Source: an uncultured Nitrososphaeraceae archaeon (lineage in GTDB: Archaea > Thermoproteota > Nitrososphaeria > Nitrososphaerales > Nitrososphaeraceae). From it: a stretch of DNA of 64,000 nucleotides. The stretch is from assembly GCA_963729045.1 (NCBI GenBank), contig CAVSMN010000011.1:64001-128000 (forward strand). The letters run 5' to 3'. Positions within the stretch are counted from its first letter, which is position 1; the number at the start of each line of letters is the position of its first letter. The translations under genes were made by a program, and so were the position numbers. Positions 56,345-64,000 of this stretch are shown here, piece by piece. The notes under the pieces were generated by a model. That model saw nothing but the letters and a program-made list of their open reading frames with translations. It was not told where the DNA came from and searched no databases.

Positions 56345-56515
56345 ATGATGGTACAACAATTGATTTGTGACCAATGCAAGATTGTATTACTAGAGAAGGA
56401 TTCAAAACATTTGAATGATGAAAGATTTCCCATAACCGAGGAAGAAGCTAAAATGATTGACAGGGATCACAGAGGTCATGAATGCCACATTGAATTGGTT
56501 GAAAAGTTTGCATAG
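56345..56515 (+). CDS. 56-aa CxxC/HxxH Zn-binding micro-protein (not in ORF track)
   Basis: MMVQQLICDQCKIVLLEKDSKHLNDERFPITEEEAKMIDRDHRGHECHIELVEKFA*; TTTAAA box upstream. Confidence 0.75.
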   Translation: MMVQQLICDQCKIVLLEKDSKHLNDERFPITEEEAKMIDRDHRGHECHIELVEKFA

Positions 56516-56695
56516 AATCACCCAAATGTAAACAATAACTTTAATTAGAAATAAATTGAAAAGAAATTGGCAATGAAGAAAAATTTTAATGATATGGATG
56601 ATTAAAAAATGTTATCCCTCGGAGCCAAATAAAAATAGTAGTGGAATATGAATAGTCATTATCCAAAGATCAGTAAAATAACTGTTATAATGTAC

Positions 56696-56887
56696 CTATG
56701 ATCCAAAGAACTCTGCTTTATGCTCCTCACTGCAAAAATAATCGATTTTTTTTACCCCCAGATTAGAGTCACCATCCACATGAGGCCAAGCCAAATTGAG
56801 TTTTATTTCTCGACCGCATAAAGCACAATGTATTATCCTTTCGTCAATATCCTCATTACTTTTAAAATTATTCACTGACGAATCCAT
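56696..56887 (-). CDS. TRASH/YHS-like small metal-binding protein
   Basis: CALCG...YFCSEEH. Confidence 0.7.
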   Translation of the reverse strand: MDSSVNNFKSNEDIDERIIHCALCGREIKLNLAWPHVDGDSNLGVKKIDYFCSEEHKAEFFGS

Positions 56888-56960
56888 TTGAACTAGACGT
56901 CATATAAGCTAGAATACTAAAGAAAGAATTTATGTAAGATAACTAAAGAAGATAAGTATA

Positions 56961-57254
56961 TTGTCTTTCTTTGGAAATGCATCAGGAAGTAATAGTAAGA
57001 AAAGAGACAAGTACAAAGAATTAACCCTTGCTATAAAACAAATTGTACTTGAAAGATCAAAAAATAGGTGTCAGGAATGTTCAAAGAAATTATCTGGAAC
57101 AAATCAACCACATTTTATTTATATAAATGGGTCAAAAAAGGATAACAGACCAGAAAACTTGCGGGCTGTTTGTCCTGAATGTTATGAGGGTAACAGTCCA
57201 AATAATAACGGAAATATGTTCTCATCAATCAAAAAAATATTTTCAAAATCATAA
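56961..57254 (+). CDS. degenerate HNH endonuclease-like protein
   Basis: RCQEC...ING...DNRPENL.AVCPECY. Confidence 0.65.
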   Translation: MSFFGNASGSNSKKRDKYKELTLAIKQIVLERSKNRCQECSKKLSGTNQPHFIYINGSKKDNRPENLRAVCPECYEGNSPNNNGNMFSSIKKIFSKS

Positions 57255-57309
57255 TTTCATTCTTACAACTTTTTTAAGAGATTTTATCATCCCATGGTAT
57301 GTAATACGA

Positions 57310-58120
57310 CTAACTCAATGCAAATGAGCCTTTCATGAAAGGATGAAGAGTACAAAAGTAATCATACTTTGATTCGGTAAGACTGGTTGTATCGAGAACG
57401 TATTTCTTATCCGTCATTATCAATGATGAATCAAAGGATTTGCCATCATCAGCGAAACTAGTCACCGTATGCGGAACATTGTCTAAATTAGTCCATTCTA
57501 TAGCTTCACCCTTTTTGGCTTCGATTATTGCTGGTTCATAAGAGGGATTTCCCTGACCCGAGGCACCGGCAGGGATGGTAGCAGGAACAATAGTAGTATT
57601 AACAACTTTGGGGATTGTTGAATTTTGAGAGTCACCACCCGTTTTTTCATCTTCTGAAGTCGCAGTCGCAGGTGAAGCCATCCATGCAGTAGATACTATC
57701 AAACCAGAGCCGATAATCATAACCACTACACATGCTATGGATATTTTAATTAAATGAGCATTATTCCTGTATGAAGCGATTATTATTATTATTGAGGGAA
57801 TACTTATAGTAACAATAATGGCGATATAAGAAAATATTGAGGGAACCTTGGTGCTTATTTGCACAGCCCCGATGATTCCAACAGTTATAAATAGAATCAA
57901 TATTATACCCACCGCAGTTTTGGATTTTTTTGAAGTAGGAAAACCATCTTTAAAGAGCCCAGCAGACAAGAATATTAATCCAAAGAACATTACATAAGAT
58001 TGAAACGGCGTGCATCCCATCCATAAATGTTTTAGCAATTCCAGAAAGAGCTACGGCTACTCCAGTAGCACCAACAGCTGTTAAACCAACACCCGGCATG
58101 AGCAAGTCCCAGTCTGTCAT
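57310..58120 (-). CDS. membrane-bound blue (type 1) copper protein (frameshift near 57990)
   Basis: MTDWDLLMPGVGLTAVG N-terminus, multiple TMs, WTN.D..PHTVT and YFCTLHPFM ligands. Confidence 0.88.
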
Positions 58121-58216
58121 GAATATATTAAAAGGTGAGTATGGTATAATTAATACTTTCTTTATTTTAATTCGTAAAAACAGGTTTCCATTTTAAGGGC
58201 AAGGATCTGACGGCGA

Positions 58217-58652
58217 ATGAATCAACTAACAATAGAGCTCAAAGTTAGTCAACTGTCAAAATTAGATAAGACTGCAACTATGAGTAATCCACAAGAGTCG
58301 TGCGCGCTATTATTGGGCAGGAAGAAAGATAACGTCTATGAGATCGAGAGAGGTAATTCCCATGAATAATAGAGATTCATCGGAGGTCAGATTTACTATG
58401 GATGAAAATGAATTATTGAAAATTTATAAATACGCAGAATTATTGAACACTTCAGTCGTTGGCATATTTCATTCACATCCCTCCAAGCCCTTTCCATCAG
58501 AAACCGACAAGACTTTCATGGAGATTAATCCAATACCATGGTTAATCAAATCCACAATAACTGATGAGATAAGATGTTTTATTTTCAGTGATTCATCGAA
58601 AGGAAAAATTGAGGGTATCGAAGAAATCAAGATGGTTATTGTCAAGGACTAA
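58217..58652 (+). CDS. JAMM/MPN+ (Mov34) metalloprotease (frameshift in GA repeat near 58345)
   Basis: PQESCALLLG from ATG 58217; VGIFHSHP...PSETD. Confidence 0.88.
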
Positions 58653-59968
58653 TTCTGGAAGTATCTCTAGGGTACAATACTGCCTCTCTAATATTATTAA
58701 GACCTAATAATACCATCATTAATCTGTCAAATCCCAGCCCACAGCCTGAGTGTGGTGGCATCCCCCACTCAAAGACTCTCAAATGATCTTTAAAGTTTTC
58801 GGGAGATAATCCCTGTTCTGCCAGTCGACTTTTCAGTTTTGACACATCGTGTTGCCTGGTCCCTCCAGATACCAGTTCAAGATGGCCAAACTGCAAATCA
58901 AATGATTTTGACAGGGTAGGACTGGATTCCTTCTCGTGTATGTAAAAAGGCTTGAGATTAAGTGGCCAATCAACGATGAAATAAAACTTGTCAAATTTTT
59001 CTCCTAATTTTCTTAAAGAGGAATCGGATAGATCATCTCCAAAGGTAACTTTTTCTCCGAGACTAGTTAATTCTTCCAAGCACTTATCGTAACTTATCTT
59101 TGGAAATGGATTTGAAATCAAATGGTCTAATGTGTTTTCTTTTATGAACGGATTCTCACTGTCGATATAATCGGAATCTCTCAAATGCATGAGTATTTTC
59201 TTGATCAATTCTTCCACTAAATTCATTACGTCATAATAATCAAGGTAAGCTGCTTCTAAATCAACACTCAAAAATTCATTAAGATGTCGAAGAGTATGAG
59301 AATTTTCGGCTCTAAAAAATGGTGCAATTTCAAACACACGATCCAAAGCCAAGACCAGTTGTTCTTTATATAACTGAGGGCTTTGAGCTAAAAACCCTTT
59401 TCGTTTGAAATAATCAAATGAAAAAAGGTTTGATCCTCCTTCACTTGCACTTCCTATGATTTTCGGGGTATTCACTTCTATGAACTTGTTTTCAGAGAAA
59501 AAATCTCGAATTATCCTCAAAATATTGGAACGAATGAGAAAGATATTAGAAATTTTGGGGTTTCGCAGATCCAAGAGCTCTACTGTCCAGCCTGGTATCC
59601 AAATTAGATTCAACCCTGCCTGTTGGATCAATAGGGAGAGATAGGGTAGCGGGTGAGAAAACAAAAATTTCCTTGACTTTGATTTCGAAAGGAAAATTCT
59701 TAGATTTAGTACCTTGCACTATTCCTGTTATCAAAATATTACTCTGTCTAGGAATTGATTTAGCTTTTTGCAAATTCTCTCCGACCAAAACAGTTTGAAC
59801 CAAACCGGTTACATCTCTAAGTAAGATGAATCCAAGTTTACCTATGTCCCTGAAATCCTCAATCCACCCTGCGACTTTAACTTCTGAACCTGTCTGTAAC
59901 CCTTGCAATTCAGAAGTGAAGTGAGTTCTCGTATTCCTGTTTGATTCATTCTGAGCTGAGTGAGCCAT
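58642..59968 (-). CDS. aspS: aspartate--tRNA(Asp/Asn) ligase, archaeal type (frameshift near 59650)
   Basis: RTHF, VAGWIE..RD.GKL.F..LRD, LAQSPQLYK, FRAE.S.T.RHL.EF, GMPPHSG.GLG.DRL. Confidence 0.93.
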
Positions 59969-60035
59969 ATCTAATGAAATCAATCAACTCCTTTTAATAA
60001 ACTACATGTTCAGCATTGAAATCCAAATAAAGTTT

Positions 60036-60539
60036 TCAATCTAACTCAGTTATGAGATCGATTTGCCTAACTGCCATAGATATCATTTTTATAGTTTCTA
60101 ACCTTTTTTCATCAATTCCCTCAGAATTCTTTGCCAGTACAACCCTTGTTAACTTACTCCCGTCGGGTAACCAGACAAAATTTACACTTTCTAACTTGAT
60201 TGGATGAAATAGATTGTCTAAAAATCTTCGATCATTAGAATCAGATTCAATTATCCAAATGTCTTTCTGGAATGCTTTATTTATGATATCACTTAGTTCA
60301 TTGTTTGAACGGATTAACCTGATATCAGAACTCTTGAGCATTAATATATGTTCATTTTTAATTTCTTTTGCCGATACTAATGTCATTTTATTTATGGTAG
60401 AATTTTTTTGAGCTAGTCTTGTAAGAACTATAGAGCTCTCAACGTCTGATTGTGTGATCTGGCCCGACTCGAGTTTGCTTTCACACAAGTTACACAAAAT
60501 ACCTGTTTTAGCATCAAAAGTACAAATAGGGGTTTTCAT
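60036..60539 (-). CDS. NusA-like KH-domain protein (archaeal paralog)
   Basis: MKTPICTFDAKTGILCNLCE..L..G; VWLPDGS. Confidence 0.75.
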   Translation of the reverse strand: MKTPICTFDAKTGILCNLCESKLESGQITQSDVESSIVLTRLAQKNSTINKMTLVSAKEIKNEHILMLKSSDIRLIRSNNELSDIINKAFQKDIWIIESDSNDRRFLDNLFHPIKLESVNFVWLPDGSKLTRVVLAKNSEGIDEKRLETIKMISMAVRQIDLITELD

Positions 60540-60739
60540 TACCACTTTAAACCTAATAAAAGAAATCACTTAAATATCTTTGATTTTTTTAGACGATCCA
60601 TTCGTATCATAAATACTTTGAATCATTAATTTTTATTTTTTATTACGTAGATAGAAAATCTATGTAAAATATATATTTAAACTTGAGCCATGCTTTATGA
60701 TGGATCAAATGTCTTAAAGGTAGAAGACGATATAAAGAT

Positions 60740-61015
60740 TCATTGGCATTTTGGCAAATATTTGAGATTATTGGGCAATTTCAAGTTAGTGGTGGTAGTA
60801 AGATAAGGTTCATTGGTAGATGGATGTCTAAGTGCAAATACCCTTACCCTAATCCCATTTGCTATTGTAAAATAAGTGTTCTCTCTTGACCATATTTTTT
60901 CAGCGATAGTTTTAACATCAAAAATATCTCCATTAATTCCCACTTGAAATATAATCCCATGTGTATTTTTTTTTACACAGGTTATAAGTAATTCAGTCAT
61001 GAATTCAGAAATCAA
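60740..61015 (-). CDS. DUF3892-like protein
   Basis: ITCVKK...I..VG...Y.T......NNL..LP.C. Confidence 0.7.
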   Translation of the reverse strand: MISEFMTELLITCVKKNTHGIIFQVGINGDIFDVKTIAEKIWSRENTYFTIANGIRVRVFALRHPSTNEPYLTTTTNLKLPNNLKYLPKCQ

Positions 61016-61169
61016 AATAAAATGACCCGATCACAAATAAAATTGTTTAACACACTAAAATTGATGACCGGTCTTATGCAAAAAAATTTTATAAAGCAAA
61101 AGGGAAAGTGAACTTATGATGAATAAACAAAAGCCTAATTCTGCATAATCAGAAGAGAAGTAATTTGAA

Positions 61170-62183
61170 ATGAATGAGGGAAACAGATTTTATACAAACA
61201 AACCTGGTAAAAGAGGAAACTGTTCGATTGAAGTCAATGATCTTTCTATCGAATATGAAACAAAATCAGGAATTTTAAGGGCCGTTGATAAAATTTCGTT
61301 CAAGATGAATGATGACCAAGGTATCGGTATAATAGGGGAATCCGGATCAGGAAAGAGTTCACTTGGCTATGGACTCATGAGATCATTGGCAGAAAATGGG
61401 TCCGTTGTATCCGGAAGTTTCATTTTTGAGGACCAAGATATTTTGAATATCTCAGAAAGGGAATTCAATGAGAAATACAGGTGGAAGAAAATATCAATGG
61501 TGTTTCAGGGTTCAATGAATAGTCTTGATCCAGTGTTTACTATACAAGATCAGATGAAAGAAATTTTGACATCACACAGGAAAAATATATCTAATAAAGA
61601 TTGTAATTCGATTTTAAGGTCTGCTCTTACTGATGTAGGACTAAATCCCGACCTCGTTTGTAAGAAATACCCACATGAATTGAGTGGTGGAATGAAGCAA
61701 CGAATAGTAATAGCCAATGCATTATTGCTTGGGCCAAGAATTCTAATCGCAGACGAACCAACTACAGCATTAGATGTAGTGATTCAGTCTCAAGTTTTAC
61801 AATTACTACGAAAATTAATAGAGGAAAAAAATATGAAAATAATAGTGATTACTCATGACATGTCACTGATTCCAAATCTAGTAGATAGAGTAATCATAAT
61901 GTACGCAGGTCAAGCTGTTGAAATATCGGATATAAGAACAGTGTTTGATAAACCTTTGCACCCATATACCCAAGCCCTCATTCAATCAATACCTCACATA
62001 AGATCCTCAGAGAAATCCATCAAATTCATTAGAGGAGACCCCCCTAATTTGACAGAAATAGGAGAAGGTTGTCGGTTTCTAGATAGATGTCCTCGTGCAT
62101 TTGGAGATTGCAAAAACGATCCCCCTGACATACAAGTTGGTAATAATATGGTAAAGTGTTGGCTTTATAAAAATGACAGTTGA
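61170..62183 (+). CDS. oppD: oligopeptide/dipeptide ABC transporter ATP-binding protein
   Basis: GESGSGKS, YPHELSGGMKQR, ADEPTTALDV, HPYT, GCRF..RCP. Confidence 0.93.
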   Translation: MNEGNRFYTNKPGKRGNCSIEVNDLSIEYETKSGILRAVDKISFKMNDDQGIGIIGESGSGKSSLGYGLMRSLAENGSVVSGSFIFEDQDILNISEREFNEKYRWKKISMVFQGSMNSLDPVFTIQDQMKEILTSHRKNISNKDCNSILRSALTDVGLNPDLVCKKYPHELSGGMKQRIVIANALLLGPRILIADEPTTALDVVIQSQVLQLLRKLIEEKNMKIIVITHDMSLIPNLVDRVIIMYAGQAVEISDIRTVFDKPLHPYTQALIQSIPHIRSSEKSIKFIRGDPPNLTEIGEGCRFLDRCPRAFGDCKNDPPDIQVGNNMVKCWLYKNDS

Positions 62184-62276
62184 TTTATACCATTTAGACG
62201 ATTTGACTCTAATTGTCCAATGGGTATTTTTATAGATATTAAGTTTATATCTTAAAATACAGAATAATAAACATTA

Positions 62277-63527
62277 ATGCAAGCACTTCTAGACGTTCGT
62301 AAGATTAGACAGGATTTTCCAATTTTAAATAGACGACTAAACGATGGAAAAAAATTGGTATATCTTGATAATGCTGCAACCACTCAAAAACCAAATGAAG
62401 TAATAGATGCAATTTGTAAATATTATTCAGAGTATAATTCGAATATTCATAGGGCAGTTTATCAAATTGCTGAAGAAGCTACAGCGGAATATGAAGGAAC
62501 AAGGGAGAACGTTAGAAAATTCATAAATGCAAAATACGAAGAAGAAATTATTTTTACTCGAAACACTACCGAGTCAATCAATTTAGTGGCTTATTCATGG
62601 GGAAATGCCAACATTAAGAAGGGAAATACGATACTATTGACCGAATATGAGCACCATAGTAATATCGTTCCTTGGCAGATTCTTTGTAAAAGTAAAGGAG
62701 CAAGAATCAAATACTTGGAGGTAAATGAGGATGGATACTTAGACCTAGAGGCCTACGAGGAACTTTTGTCGAGGAAAGGTGATGGAAAAATCAAGTTGGT
62801 TTCCCTTAGTGAAATGTCAAACGTATTAGGGACTATATTTCCTGCTAGGGAAATTATCAAAATTGCACATGAAAAAAACATCCCTGTCGTTTTGGATGGT
62901 GCTCAGTCAGTTCCACATATGAAAACAGATGTTCAACAAACAGGTTGTGATTTTCTAGCATTTTCAGCCCACAAAATGCTCGGCCCTACAGGAGTAGGAG
63001 TCTTGTACGTCAAAAAAGCAATATTAGAGCAAATGAAGCCATTTATTTCTGGTGGCGATATGATCAAAGAGGTACATAAAGAAAACACGGTATTTAATGA
63101 TCTCCCCTACAAATTTGAAGGTGGAACCCCAAATATTGCTGATGTAATTGGCTTTAGCTCTGCAATAAAGTATCTCAATAAGATAGGGATGGATAATGTT
63201 CGGGATCATGAATTAGAAATGACCACCTATCTTTTAAACCGCATCCAAGAAATAAAAAATATAAAAGTATACGGTCCCAAAATTGCTAAAGATAGAGGGG
63301 GCCTGGTCTCTTTTAATATCGAAGGAATTCACCCCCATGATTGCGCCACAATATTAAATGATTTCGGGGTAGCAATTAGGTCTGGACATCATTGTGCCCA
63401 AGTGTTGATGGAAAAGCTTGATATCGTAGCTTCTTCCAGAGCTAGCCTATATATTTATAATACTAAGGAGGAAATTGATATATTAATAGATGCTTTAAAT
63501 CATGCTAGGAGGATATTCAAAATATGA
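62277..63527 (+). CDS. sufS: cysteine desulfurase, SufS group
   Basis: YLDNAATTQKP, EHHSN, SAHKMLGP, RSGHHCA. Confidence 0.96.
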   Translation: MQALLDVRKIRQDFPILNRRLNDGKKLVYLDNAATTQKPNEVIDAICKYYSEYNSNIHRAVYQIAEEATAEYEGTRENVRKFINAKYEEEIIFTRNTTESINLVAYSWGNANIKKGNTILLTEYEHHSNIVPWQILCKSKGARIKYLEVNEDGYLDLEAYEELLSRKGDGKIKLVSLSEMSNVLGTIFPAREIIKIAHEKNIPVVLDGAQSVPHMKTDVQQTGCDFLAFSAHKMLGPTGVGVLYVKKAILEQMKPFISGGDMIKEVHKENTVFNDLPYKFEGGTPNIADVIGFSSAIKYLNKIGMDNVRDHELEMTTYLLNRIQEIKNIKVYGPKIAKDRGGLVSFNIEGIHPHDCATILNDFGVAIRSGHHCAQVLMEKLDIVASSRASLYIYNTKEEIDILIDALNHARRIFKI

Positions 63528-63952
63528 GTGAAGATATTTACAGGGAAATGATACTTGACCACTATAGAAATCCGCGAAATAAAGGAAAGATCGAGGAACC
63601 GGATATAAGAATAAATGATAGCAATCCACTCTGTGGAGATGAAATTTCAATTGATCTGAAAGTTGAAGGTGATATAATTAAAGACATCAAGTTTGATGGG
63701 AGAGGATGTGCTATTAGCCAGGCTAGTGCCTCGATGTTGACTGAAATGGTTTCGAATAAGCCACTAACAACAATTAAAGATATCACAAAAGACGATGTGC
63801 TCGAAAATATTGGTCTGACAAATTTGGGCCCAGCTAGAATAAAGTGTGCTTTACTTTCCTTAAAAGTGTTAAAACTGGGAATGGTAAAATATTATGTCGA
63901 TAAGGATCCAACATCTGCTGCTCAAATGAAGGATGAATCCAAAGTCTTTTAA
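63524..63952 (+). CDS. sufU: SufU/IscU-type scaffold or sulfur-transfer protein
   Basis: NPLCGD, GCAISQASAS, RIKCALL; overlaps sufS stop (ATGA). Confidence 0.93.
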   Translation: MSEDIYREMILDHYRNPRNKGKIEEPDIRINDSNPLCGDEISIDLKVEGDIIKDIKFDGRGCAISQASASMLTEMVSNKPLTTIKDITKDDVLENIGLTNLGPARIKCALLSLKVLKLGMVKYYVDKDPTSAAQMKDESKVF

Positions 63953-64000
63953 CAAATAGCAAATGATCGTGGATTTGATTCTCCGAAAACAGTAACGAAC

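Overview
AT-rich archaeal chromosome segment from an ammonia-oxidising archaeon (Nitrososphaeraceae, Nitrosocosmicus-like), judged from a stand-alone amoC, archaeal rpl10e, aIF-1A, endA and pheST, and intron-containing tRNAs. Core genes lie at about 1-19.4 kb (pgk, rpl10e, endA, msrB, aIF-1A, pheST, trpS, coaD, ferredoxin, cyclase, acetolactate synthase) and 42-64 kb (nadX, purEK, ferredoxin fusion, sulfurtransferase, tRNA-Ala, PQQ protein, cupredoxin, JAMM protease, aspS, oppD, sufSU). Between them is a gene-sparse accessory region around tRNA-Glu. Many genes, including essential ones, are split by 1-nt indels, often in homopolymers, which most likely reflects long-read assembly error. The ORF track misses several signals: an inverted 5'-half copy of the intron-containing tRNA-Glu with a different intron 290 bp downstream; two ferredoxin genes sharing a 336/338-identical inverted C-terminal module with unrelated N-termini; a probable ATA start codon for aIF-1A; a C/D-box sRNA and an H/ACA-like sRNA; several Zn-finger micro-ORFs under 60 aa; and a recurring Q/N/S-rich secreted module. 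No CRISPR array, integrase or transposase was found. All family assignments come from motif recognition by eye, not database searches.
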